This document shows positions 26,115 to 39,100 of a stretch of DNA of 64,000 nucleotides, piece after piece. The stretch's first letter is position 1; each line of letters begins with the position of its first letter. Origin of the DNA: Lepidodermella squamata (Eukaryota > Animalia > Gastrotricha); the NCBI GenBank assembly GCA_047495785.1, contig JBLDXI010000024.1:4712001-4776000 (forward strand), given 5' to 3'. A program made the position numbers and the translations under genes. The notes under the pieces were generated by a model. It was not told where the DNA came from, made no database searches, and worked only from the letters and a program-made list of their open reading frames with translations.

Positions 26115-29100
26115 ATGTCATCGATTTTCTTGGTTTTAACGCTATTTACCTCGCCAATTTTCGGAGTTTTCGTGAAAAATGAGCCGACAACCGGCAATTT
26201 ACTGCAGTCCAGCAATCGAATAGTAGCCGGATTCGCGTCAGATTCGCCCGACGAGTGGTTTAAACTGCTCGGCTTTGACGATTCAATCGCCGGGATGACT
26301 ATGGTGAACATCGGCGGGAAAGAGCGATTACTTCAGCTGAAACTGCCATCGCTTGAGGTCGTTAACACCGTAACAATGGCGGCTGATGAAGAGGCGGCCA
26401 GGCGGTGCCAGGCCGATAGAAACGGCCAGTTGTGCTCGAATTGGGTGCAAAATTTGATCGCATTCAAAAACGGCTCGCTGTTAATTTGCGGGACAAATGC
26501 GCGGCAGCCGCTATGCCAAGTCCGCCGGTCGGATTTCATTTTCTCCGGCACCCAGTTTTCTGGGGTAGGCCTCGCCCCGTTCGAGCCAACTACGAATTTC
26601 TCGTCAATTTTTGCACCGACTGAAAATCGAGTTTATTCGTTGATTCTCGAAGATGAACTCGACTCGCCGATTTTTTCGCCCGCGATTGTTGCCTATGACG
26701 TCGATGGGTTGAACCCGTTGAATCCATTTGCCTCGAAAGCTTACGTCGCGTCGAGGCGGCACATGTTATGGCCTCGTTTCGCCTCGAAATCGTTCGATCT
26801 GGGCGATAAAATTCTGAATTTCTGGACGGAACGTGACGACCGCGGCGAGTGCCCGCGTCGCTTAACGCCCTACGTCGGCCAATTCTGTAAGGACGACGCG
26901 GCAACTGCGTCTGGAAATCTCGGGTTCATGTCGTTTTTCAAGGCGAGGCTGTACTGTGCTCGGTCTCAGGATCGCGATCTATTCGGGCAGCGGCAGTCGA
27001 CGCAGACTTTAACGCATTTACTCTTCGATGAAATCGCCGGGGTTAGCGACCGGTTTGGCGCGGATAACGACCTGTTTTACGTAGCTTTCAATCGAGACTA
27101 TCGTGATTCTCAGGTGAGGAATAATATTCGGAAATTTTCTATTTTTTCGTCATTTTTCTAGGTTCCCCGATTAATTTTATTATTCTAGAAATTAAAGTTA
27201 TTACAATTGCAAAGACGATTTTTTTCAGTTTAGAAATTTTATTGATTTTTCCAATAAATTTCTTTAATTTTGGCTTTAAGGTTATTTCAAATTTCAAATG
27301 GTAATTCGGGTTTTATTAATATTTCTTATATCTATCCTATTAAATTTCGTTTTTTCAAACTTGAAATAATTATTTAGCCTGAATTCAAATTTTTTTTGAA
27401 GATTTTGCTTTATAACGATTTTTCTTAATTTATTTTCGTAATTAATCTTAGGGCGTTGCCGTTTGCCTATTTTCCGTGCGCAATATCACTGAAACGTTCC
27501 GAACATCGCGATTCCGGGCCTTCCGAGCCCCGAGCGCCGATGCTGACGCCGTGGTCTCCGGCCTGCCCGTCCTCAGCCCGAAATACCCGAATATTCGGCC
27601 CACAGAGTGCGGCCGAACGTACTCGGACGAAGAATTATACACGCTACGAGCCAACAAATCGGCTTACTTTTCAATGCTGGACCGTGTCCAGATGGGCGGA
27701 CGGGGCGCTGTGTTCCTCGACACAGTTTTCCCTGATCGATTGACCGCGCTAGCCGTTGATTGGAATGTGCGAGCCGGAAATCAAAAGCAGTACGATGTGT
27801 TGTTCCTCGGCTCAGAAACTGGTCGATTTTTGAAGGTGGTAACGCCGCATTTACTCGCCGCATCCGACCTGCTAGCCGGGAAGGGTTGGCTAGTCGAGGA
27901 ATTCGACCTGTTCTCCCGCGAGAATGTCACCGAGTTGAGGCTATCAGCCGATAATCAACGATTACTAGCCATTTCTGCGTCGAAAATCGCCATTTTACCA
28001 TTTGCGAATTGCTCCGCCTTAATCAGCTGTAAATCATGCGTTGAAGCGCGTGATCCTTACTGCTCGTGGGATGTTTCGTCTTACTCGTGCATTTACGCGA
28101 ATCACGGCCTTCAGGACGTTGAAAATGGCGACTGGAAACCGATTTGCCCGCCTGAGACTACGACGAGTAGTACTACAACGACTACGACGAGCACGACCAC
28201 TTCGACGTCGACAACTCAGTCGACGACCGTGCTGACTTCGACGGATTCTTCGTCGACGCAGATCGAGTTGGTGAATGGCAAAATCGGTGCCGAGTGCCAG
28301 CCGCAGCAACCGGCGGCTGCTCACACGGCGGCGTGTAAAAATTCAGATCGAAGTGCTGTTGTAGGCAGCGTAGTCGGAGTTCTCGCTTTCATAGCCGGCG
28401 GTGTTCTAGGTAAGCTAAATTTTCAGGAAAAAAATGTCATAATATTCTTTTTAGATATTAATTATTAATCGAAAGAGCCTATTAATTATTTTCGTGGTCT
28501 AAAATGGGGTTGAAAAAAATTTGGTGTTGATAATTTTCCTGAAATTATGCCGTTTGTCTAACCCCGATTTTTCTAGATTTTCCTGCTTGTCATCTCATTT
28601 TTCGATCCTAATCCACAATTTCAAATAAATTCTCTATTTTTACGTGATTTTCGAAATATTTTCAATTCTATACTGACTTTTTCGATATTTGAATGTCGAG
28701 TGAGAACAGCGAAAAATCTTCACGCTAAAAATGCAAAAATTGACAAATTTAAGGCGGATTTTTTTCATTTTCTGGGAATTATATTTTAAATAATTTATCT
28801 GAATTTTCTTCGAATATTTTTCTTCAAAATTTCAATTTATTTGCTTGAATTTTTCACTGTAAATTTTGTAGGCGCCGTCGGTTGTTGGTTTGTGTTACGC
28901 CAAGGCAATTCCGGCTCAAAAGTAGTCAAATCTCTGCGATGCGGTTCATCAGGCGGCGGCGACGAGTCCGGCTCGTCCGACATCGGCGGCGACGCTGAGC
29001 TCATCACAAACGCGTTTAGGTCAAACGCCTCGAACGGCTCGAGTTCGCATCACAGCGGCGTGACGGGCAACAACGGGGTGATGACGGGGGGCATGGGCGG

Positions 29101-29320
29101 GCTCGGCGCCTCGTCGACGACCACGTTCTCGTCCGGCCTCACGCCGCAGTCGGGCGTGGCCGGGGTGCGGGCGCTGGGCATGGGCGCCTACCACCAGTCG
29201 ACCCTGCCGCACCCGAAGCCGTCGGGTCTGCAGCCCCTGCCGCCCCGGTTGCCGCCGCAGATGAGCACGGGCACGTTGCCGGGCCACGGCTCGGGCGCGG
29301 CGAAGAAAATCTACGTGTGA
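26115..29320 (+). CDS. Transmembrane semaphorin, class-1-like (exons 26115-27113, 27452-28409, 28872-29320)
   Basis: Sema motifs LICGTNARQPLC, FFKARLYC and VLFLGSETG. PSI domain CKSCVEARDPYCSW, Thr stalk, TM and a C-terminal KKIYV resembling Sema-1 tails. Confidence 0.9.
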
Positions 29321-30071
29321 TCGAGACGTGGCGCAACATAGATTGAACAGCTCGCAAGTCTTTCGCAACCGACCTATATTAATTATACCTAGAAATTATA
29401 TTGATAAGGCAGCTCGCCTTTATTCATAATTATTATTATTATTTGTTAGAAAAATTGTTGTTGATTGTGAAGAAAAAATTGATGATGATATTTACAGCAG
29501 CAGCTATATACTTACGGAATGCAATTTTTCACGCATTTGAAACACGCTCATTACACCATTTTTTCTCGCTCCCTTGATATTTATTGCTGTTAAATTTGCT
29601 CCAAAATTATATCGTTATTATTGTTTTAAAAACACCTTAAAATTGCACGACCTGCTTTTTTACATTTTTGCCGCCTTGTTAATCACGTGCTTCTAACATG
29701 GAAACTACTAGCCTCATCATCATTATCAATCCACGAATTGCTCCAAAAAATGAAAAATTGAAAATAACCGCAATCTCCGTCTTCTTTCATGTGACCACCG
29801 TGGAAAACTAAAATTGAGAATATTCAGTTGTAAATAATACGATGTCTCGCGCTCATCCTTACAGTTTTTACTTTTACTCGTGTATATATAGCAGCTAAAT
29901 TTTTCTTGATCTTGATGAAAAATAGTCTATATAATAATGTCGTTTGTTGATTGATTGAATTCGTCGGAAAATTGAGTAAAAACTGCGCGACTTTTGACTG
30001 AGTTTCATCATCATAATCTTGATGTGTTTCAATTTGTTTTTCAATAGAGAAGAAATTGTTGTTTGATTGAA

Positions 30072-32887
30072 ATGCTGTTGACGCCGGAATTCGCCGTGTC
30101 GCAGAGCGAGACGCACGTCGAAGTGGCGATAAGAGCGCCGTTCGCCAAGGTGAGTTGTACAGTCTGGTCGCTAAGATGGTCTAATTAAACAAGCGGCGTC
30201 GTGTTTACCCTTCTGCTATAGCCACAGAGCGGTAGTTGTTATTATTTTTCATTACTTGGCCCGCTCATTCTTTCTTCCATACGCGTAAATTGCAAGCGAG
30301 GCAGCAGGCGTGTTTACCCAGGCCTGAAACCGGGGCCATGTGATGCGATGTGTGTGTGTGTGGATATTATGCGGGGCTAGGGCGGGCCAAGCGCAAATAG
30401 TTTGCGGGTGCTACATGCGTACCACCTTTTCGCCTGGCCCTAATTGCGACTGACCGGCTAATTAACGGGCTGTTAAACACTCGATGAAAAAACTCGTCGG
30501 CTGCCGATGGATGATGATGATGACAGCTGATGATAACTTTTGCACTGGCGAGCGCAAATTGTTATTATAATAATTGCCCAGCCGAGTTAAAGCGTGCGTT
30601 CTTGGGTCAAATTGCGCGATGATGTAGTCTTTAATCGCAATTTAGCTCATCATCATTATAACAGAACATATGGCGAGAAAATTGAAAGGTACTAACAACC
30701 TAATTATTGCATTAATCAAGAAATTTTGTAACAATTTTGAAGATCGAAAGAAAAATGAGTGAAAATTGAAGATTAGTTTTTTCTAAATTAGTAAAAATTA
30801 TGTTCATAATTTATTCGTTTCTTTTTTCTGATCGGAATTTTCAATTATTTTTACGAATTTCAAGAAAATGAGAAACATTCTGAAGATTGAAAGAATAAAT
30901 AGAATAAATTAAAATGAGAATAAATTTGATTTTTATAAATTATTAGTAAATTTATTTTCACAATTTATTCGATTTTTTAGAATTTTCAAGGCAAACAATT
31001 TCAATTATTTTTGGCACTGACTTTTTTGCAGTGCAAATGTCAAGTTTTGGCCGTGTTGTTATTTTTGATAATTTAATAACATTTATGTATTCCTTTTGTA
31101 TCTGCCGCCTCGCTTTTTCGCAGCCGCGCAGTGATTAGTCGCTAAAAGCCGTGTTGTTAGGACATTCCTTGTTTACGCGAGCTACACGTCAAAAGCCAAA
31201 ACGCGTGTTTATTAAAAAGCCGAGCGCTTTTTCGTCGTATATAATTGCTTATTTATTACCCTTAGCGAGTATATATTTTTTGAAAGAATAATACGCATAA
31301 TTTCACGTGGGATTGATGAAAAATATATCTTAATTATTTTTTATTATTTTTCTCGCGCAGTTGCAAGAGACGGAGATAAACGTTCACGGCAACGAATTTT
31401 ACTTCTTCTCCCGGCCGTATCATCTGCATTTGAAACTGCCGGGCGATCTCGTTGATTCAGCCGAAGAAATTCCAGATGAAAATGACGATGAAAATAGGGA
31501 CGCTACTAGCAAGAGTTCTGTCGTCACGTACGACGTGGATGCGGCGGCGTTCAACGTGCGTCTCGAAAAGGCGCAGCATGGTTCGTATAATTAGTAATTA
31601 ATCAGCGTTTTGTTATACATATATATATTACAACAATACTCATTGGATGTCATCAATTATTCATCTTAAGGTCAGCATTTCGATGGCCTCGCGTTGCTTT
31701 CTTCGCTTCTGGCCACGCCACAAGCCGCGTCATCGCATCGCCCGGGCACATTAATCGAAGAAATGACTGATAATGGGGCAGCAGATCGATCGAGTACCGT
31801 GCTGGTACCAAGCGAGTTTGAGTGGGCCCTTGAGCCGCGCCAATTGAGCCGCCCTTCAATTAGTTTTACGCGCAACGCCGCGCCGCGTCTCGAACAGCTT
31901 CAGGCCGCGTTTCCTGACATTGTTGATTTCCGCGAGCCGATTTCATCGCTCGATCTCGCCTCGCGTCTCGCGCTCAAACTCGATAAGGAAAACGCCGATT
32001 TCGCCGACGAGCATTATCTCGCGAATTTATTCGACAAAAACGACCGAGACTGCATCGCGAAACTCATCGATTTCACGGTGCCAAACCGCAGTGGCGATTT
32101 ATCTAGTGAAGATCGAAAATATTTGGTTGAAAAATTGAAAAATCGAGAATATTTGTTCGATTTCGAGGAAAAAGTCGAAGCGTTCCTAAATCTAGTCGAC
32201 GTGATTTTCGCGTTTAATTACGACTATCGAATCAACCAGGGCGAACACTGCGCTGAATCGTCGTGGAATATCGCCAAAATTTCCTCCGTCCTGTCGTGGC
32301 TTGTTGATTTTCGGTCGATTTACGACGTTCAATTGTCGTGTTATCGCAGGTCTTTGCTTTATCCACTTTACCGAAATTACGAGTTGAGTTGCGCAGTTTG
32401 GCGCGATACGATCGAAGTGTTCCGCCAGGGTCGTGAGGCTGTTCTGAAAATTTTACTCGAAATTCGGCGAATTTTCTCGGCTTTCGACTCGGCAATCGCG
32501 CCGAGGTACATTTTGAATGAGCTTTACATCGATCATTTCGCGGTTTGGATCCAGAAAACAGCCGCGTCCGAGCTGGAATCGCTCGTTAAAGCGATGGAAA
32601 ATTTAGGGGATTTGCCGAAAAGTGAAATCGGGTTCGATCTGCCGGCTCTCGAAGACGCGGCCCTGTTAACATTGGAAGAAGATCTGCTCGACGAAATCGA
32701 CAGTGATGATGATGAAAATAATGAAGAGGAAGAAAACGACGAAAATATAATTACAAGGAGTGAATGGGAAAAATTGCGAAAAATCTGTGAAAAAGGTCGA
32801 GTGACAAGAGTAAAATCTGCTCAAGATTTACCCGATGAAGTTGATGACATTGTAGCGGTTTCTTTCCGCAAGCTCACCGTCAAGTGA
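30072..32887 (+). CDS. SHQ1: SHQ1 H/ACA ribonucleoprotein assembly factor (exons 30072-30149, 31361-31580, 31671-32887)
   Basis: N-terminal MLLTPEFAVSQ CS domain, FYFFSRPYHLHLKLPG, GQHFDGL, and SHQ1-domain motifs GEHCAESSWNI and YRRSLLYPLYRN. Confidence 0.93.
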
Positions 32888-33165
32888 TATGGCTCAACTC
32901 CGCTTTAATTTGTTGACGATTTTTGAAATAAATTTTTTATTTCTGCGTTTTAAAAATTGATAATTTTCTTGAATTTTCCCCTTGAATTTTATTGTAAATC
33001 GGGGCAAAAATTTAAGAAATTTGAAATATCATCCATAGTCTTGATAGGAGACAATTCTTTTCAATTTTTTTTTAGAAAGACTGTTTTAGATTTTTTTCGT
33101 TTTTTTGTAAGCCTTCGTTCATCAAATTTTTTTCCTATTTTATAGGAATTTTATTCGTATAATTG

Positions 33166-36100
33166 ATGTCTCGTCACTGGGGCAAAGCGGCGCGGTATTC
33201 GTCGCGCGACGGCTCGCCGGGCAACGACGGCAACGACAGCAACGAAGCGTCGAACCCTGGCCCAGTGACAGCGACGACGCATCACAGCCACGGCAGCCAC
33301 CACCACGGCTCGCGAGCCGCCGACTCGGAGCACGAGGAAGAGGACACGCTCGAAATCCGGCCGAATCTGCCGTCGCAGTCGCGGCCGCGGCGCGATGACC
33401 CCAGGTCGGCGGCGGGTCACCGACGCGCTAACGGTGAGTAGCAACTACAAAGTAGCTAATTCTCTCTCGCTCGCTCTATTATGCTTCGAAAATGTAGCTG
33501 GCTGTTTTATTATCTCATCGTTTTTGCGGGTAATCTGATAGTATATTATGTGTCTGCGTGTGCGCGGGCGCTAAATTAGATGCGCGTAATTGCGCTCACG
33601 CGTGAGTTCACGTTGATAATTGGCACAGGCCGCGAGAGTTAGTGATGGTTGGTGGTGGAAAAATGACCCTTTGAAAGCGAATATCACAGTGCGATAGAAA
33701 TGAGACACTCGCTGCCTTAAATTTTAAGGCGGCGCTGACAGCTGCGACCGGCGACTGGGTTAAGCCTGCCTTTGATTAATTTGATAATAGAATATCTTTA
33801 TATTCATTCGGTCGCGAAATGCTAATCACTTGACCGCGACTTGTATTGAGAATTTAAGCCGCCGGTTGCTAATGACTAAGCTTTCAGCGTACTTTAGCGA
33901 CCCGGCTTCTTTAGGCCAATTACAAGGCGTTTCAATGCTCGGATTATGCCGGATAATTGAATTTATTTCACATCAATGAAAAATGAAAGACGCTGAAAAT
34001 AATTTGAAAATTATTCAAATTTTGTTGACAGCTTGTTTTTGGTGTTATTTCCCAAGCAAAACTTGTTGACTAATGCGTGTTTATAAATTATTCAACGAAA
34101 ATAATAAGCGATGATTACAAAGTGAGACAAGCCAGGTAAAAAAATCGCAAAACGAACACCTTTGAGGGTGCAAAATTATGTAAAATCACCGGACTAGCTA
34201 AAGTGTAATATTCGGGGCAGGTATTTCCTGAAAAATTCATAGAAATTCGAATAAAATGGAACTAATTTTTTTCGAAATGTGAAAATTTGAGAATAAAACA
34301 GGTGACGGAGTTCGATTTTAACGTTTTCTCCTAGATATTCTCGGTTTTTTTTGAATTTAAGCTCTTCTTAAGAATACGTTTTATAGCCATGAAAAATGTA
34401 TGAAAAATGAGAAAAAGAAAATTCTGCTCAAACAGAATCCAAATTCCTAGTTTTGATCAAATTTTTCGATGTTTTTTCTAATTCCATAATTTTTATTTTC
34501 TCCAACTATTCTTCCTTTTTCCATCATTTTCGCACCTGGCGTACCGATTTTCGTACTCTGACAATTTTAGGAAAAACTGTAGGCGGGGTTTTATTTCAAC
34601 TTTTTCTCCTCGTTTCTCGGATTTTCGGATTGAGCTCATCCCACAAAAATTGTATACCTTATGTGGTCAAATTTGCTTCTGAAAAGTGAGAAATATGGAG
34701 GGAACTGCCAAAGAGATATCAAAAAATCCATATTTTTGATCAAATTTGTCGAGGTTTCTTTCAGTTCTGTATTTATTCTATTTTCTGTAATTATTTCTTT
34801 TTCCGCAATTTTCGCACTTGGCGCACCGATTTCTGGTCCGAAATAATTGTTGTGAATACAATATATCTCGAGTGTTTTGATATTAGGGCGCTGTAATATA
34901 TGAGATTTCCGCTCGTTATATTTTTCCAGCGCTCCCGAAAATTTATTTTTTCTGCCGCTCTTGTTATTTCTGGCCGCATTTCACATGGCGTTACAAAACT
35001 ACACTCGCATTTTCCGCACAATTTGCTGTGAGCGTTTTTGCCACGCCATATTACTCGCTATGTTTACGAGTGGGCAGTGAAGAGGTTCCGCCCGCCGGCC
35101 GTCGTCACAAGTCAAGTGTGAACACGCTCCTGTGGACGACGCTTCGCCACCTAGCCGCACCTCATCGAGCGAGTAGCGTCGCGTAGAGTGCCGCCATGTT
35201 AAACACGCATGATACGCGGCCTGTTTCTTTGTCATGTCGGCGGCGCATCACTCGCCTGGCTTATTGTATCAACCACGAGAGATGAGCGTAAAAGACATCC
35301 ATCGAGGCAATTAAGTGTCATTATCGTCATCATCATCATCGTTTTACGGTGGTGTGTGTAGTAATAATACCGAGTCAAAAAGCGTCGTGTTTTGCATCTC
35401 AGCAGCAGCTGTTTATACATTGTTTATTATGAAAATACAACCAGAAGCTAAATATCGCAATTTGACGTGTTTCAAGTGGCGGTTGTTAATGGCAATAATT
35501 ACTCTCGCAAGGTGATGTTGTCGCAAAATTACTATCTAGTGCTGCTATCGACAATTGTTGTCGCGCATCTCGGCATATTGCGGCAAATAACAAAACAGGC
35601 GTTAAAAATAACACGTGTTGGCCGGCTGGCATTAAAGTCATTTGCGGCGGCGGGTTGATGTTAATTATTATTAATGCTGAAATAACAGGCCTTTTTATTT
35701 TTTTCGGGTTTTGTATTTTTGCAAGCTCTGCAAAAAGTGCTAGGCAATTGTTATTTATGAAGACTGCTGATGACAAGGCTGCGAATATTGTTATTATTTA
35801 TCACGTCCCGAAGAAATTAATGCAGATTTGTTCTACGGGATGTGGATGAATTATTACTGCTTTAAAACGAGGAAAAGATTGAGTTGGTGTGCTTTATTTC
35901 CACTAAAAATACAAATTCGTTTCTGAAGCGAGGAAATTGAGAAATTAATGGACATGGGGAATAAACCTTTTTGAACTGGGCTGAAATTTCTAAAAAGCTG
36001 GTGACTGAAAATGAAATATTGCTTCATTTTAGCTTCAGAATGAAGTGCAAATTCCACCCGGGATTACCACGGAGAAATTAATCGATTTAAAACCGCCTTC

Positions 36101-39100
36101 GTTGGAACCGTTGGAAACCATTCAGGGTACCCCATTTGGCGACTCGACTGAACCCATCCTCATTACCAAATTTTTGAAATTTTCGTCGTTAAACGGGCAT
36201 CCGATCGGTCCGGTCCATCCAATTCGATGAGAATTAGTTACCCTCCGTTGTTCATCGTCTAGTTTTGCTTCGCGGATTAGGGCGAATTCCTAAATATTAA
36301 ATATTCTCTCCGAAGAAACAGGCCTGGAAATCGGGGAATAAACGCGACTTTTATCCAAGAAAGCCTCGGATTTTTGCTGAGGTATGGCAAATTTGATAGA
36401 TGATCATTATGACCGGCCTAACAAGTGCGAAGGTTCATATCTGACACGCCGTCATGGTTCTTGGCGTATCCTACAATGCGGGAGGCGAATATGCAGCGAA
36501 TGAGCTTCAATATTTCGAATTTCCGATCAGCTGAAATTTCCGTCCGAAACATGAAGATCCAAATGAGAAAAAGGAAGAAGAACATTTTTAAGCCTAGGAT
36601 CAAATATGTGGGATTGAAAATTTTCGATTTTGCATCTATTTTTAATCGAAAAGCTGAATGGAAGCATCGACAATGTGATCCGAGTTCTAAGCTTTAGCAC
36701 AAGGTTGGCATTAATAGCTGCTAGATGTCGGCTTTTAGTACTGTTATATTGTCATGAAATGTGAAGAAGTGCGAAGTTTCACGGACATTTTCCACCCTAC
36801 TAGTCTACTAGTCTTGCTTCAAGAGCTCTAAATCTTGATTTTATCTCATTTTTCAAATCGAAATTCATGAAAAAATTGTGTTTCTATTGCAGACCTTCGA
36901 TCGACAATAAAAGAGCGGCGTGGTGGCGATAAACGAGACCGGTCGAACGAACGGCGGCAAAAGCGATCGCGCCACGACCGGGAAGAAGGCGAGCGGGACG
37001 ACGTATCGTCATCGGACGGCTCGCGAAAGCACGCCGCCTCGCCCAGCGTCGCGCCATCGAGCGTTGTCGAGGCTGTTCAGCACGAAACAACGCAGGCTGG
37101 TCCGGCCCAGGAGAAGGCGATGCGGGAGCGGTTGGAAAAGGCGAGGCTCGAAGCGCTGGCCCGGGAGAAGCAGCTGCAGGAGGAGTTGAAGAAACTCGGC
37201 CAGGCTGATTTGTTGAGTCCGGCTCAGAAGGCGAAAGCAGCGGCTGCTGCGGCTACGGCTTCGGCCAATAAAAAGACTGCGGCTGCTAATAAGGTTCGTT
37301 TTTATTGCGTTATTCAAATTTTATCGGGGGATTTTCGAACAAAAATGCTTTGGCACTAAGCTTTGAGTACTGAATATCCCGCAAATATCGAGTCACTATT
37401 AGCCCCGAAACGTCATTTTTACGGGTATCCCTAGTCGGTCGAACCTGATCGAAGATTTTCAGCTTGGTCTAACTTGGCCGAAAATGTCCGAAAATGATTT
37501 CAGGAGTACTAAATGACTGCCGAGTTATTGAGCAAATAGCAAATCCGACCAAAAGTAACTGCTGCCCGGCGGGGCTTGTGTCTTCTCCCGTTTCGGTACT
37601 TCCTAAGTCCTAAGTAGCGACTCCAAAATTATTGAAAGGTAGCTGGCAGTTCAAAACTCGAATAGAAACATTGATGCCTATATTTTTCTTACGAGGCATT
37701 GATATTTTCCGCTAGTCTGCGATAGCTGGATACAGCTGAGAAGACTGGCTGAGATCGGCGCAGGTCCAGATCCGAGCCGACTTGCGGCTTCATCCGACCT
37801 CACCTTTCTCTTGTAACCCGAGTTCGGTTTGCCATGTGACTGAAAAGTTCGCTATTCAAGTGGAAAAATAGATCATTTATATTTTCAGTGGTCATGGTAC
37901 TTCTTCCGATAATTTGCTTAAGCTGTTAGAGCTCCGCATTTACGTGTTGTAGTTCAGCCTCGAAATTGGCGAGTTTGACCTAATGACCTCAATTTCGTTA
38001 AGGTTTTTTCCGAACCTTCGAATGCGTCGGATCCTGACGGCCCTCAGGGCAGGGTTTAGCTGTTTTCCCGGAGGTGGGACAGACCGTGTTACTGTTTAAG
38101 GACCACAGTTCGTTCGCTGCGCCAGTGGGAGATAGCAAACTGCCTTGGAAGCTGGCGTCGACTGTTGGATTCGGGGCCGAAGAGATCGGCGCAAGTCCAG
38201 ATCCGAGCAGACTTGCGGCCTCATTGCGCAGATGTCAGCTGCCAACCGGCCCATCGTTACAGAGAACAAATTGTAGTGGAATTGAAAATTACGCCCGGAC
38301 ATGATCTGAAATTCGTCCATATCCTGCTCGTCGTTGAAAAATATTGATCCTCATAACGAGGAATCGACCACAGATTGTCGGTGCGCTGATAGAACGGGTC
38401 GTTATTTAAGGAGGCTGACCAATTCTAACATCCAATTCTAACTTCCCAACCGCGCTATGGAAGGGATGGGCCAGATTTACATCATACTCCCCCTTGTCCC
38501 GGGCACCCACGTTTCCATTCACTATGCTGCGTTTGTATGAAAATAAAATGTGATCGATGGCCACAAACTTGCCGCGTGAGTTCGCTCGCTTTTTCAGCGA
38601 AATCCCTGCGCCCGCGAAGCGAACAGAGAGAATGTTGGATGGAACCGAGGGAAAATTCAACGGCTTGTTTCTATTATAGAGCCTCGTACGTTGTTTCGTA
38701 GGCGGTGTTGTATTCGGCCATGTGTAACTACACGAAAGTGACTCGAAAATGATTTGAAAATCTCTTCGCTCTCCGACTAAGAGCTTCTTTTGGACCGATA
38801 ATAAATCTAACGAGGCGACCATAGTAGCTTTCGAGACCAAATTCGTCGTAGCCAGATAGAACTCCGTGCCTTTGGAGAAATCGGCCAAAATGCATGAACA
38901 GCGTTCGAGATGTGCTTACGGCCGAATAATCGACCGAAATCGAAGACGAACTGGTTGAATCATTTGTCTTGCCAAGTGGACAGTAGTGCTAACACCTCAG
39001 TCCTTGGTTTTTCTCACCATGTATGACACCGCACGAGCTCGATCATTATCGTTCAAAGACTTCATTTTTCTCTTGAAAGGATTCAAACCGTAGGCAGCAA

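Noticed and set aside
34310-34840. Diverged ~280-bp tandem duplication in CDK11 intron 1
   Set aside because: AT-rich and degenerate, with no evident function.
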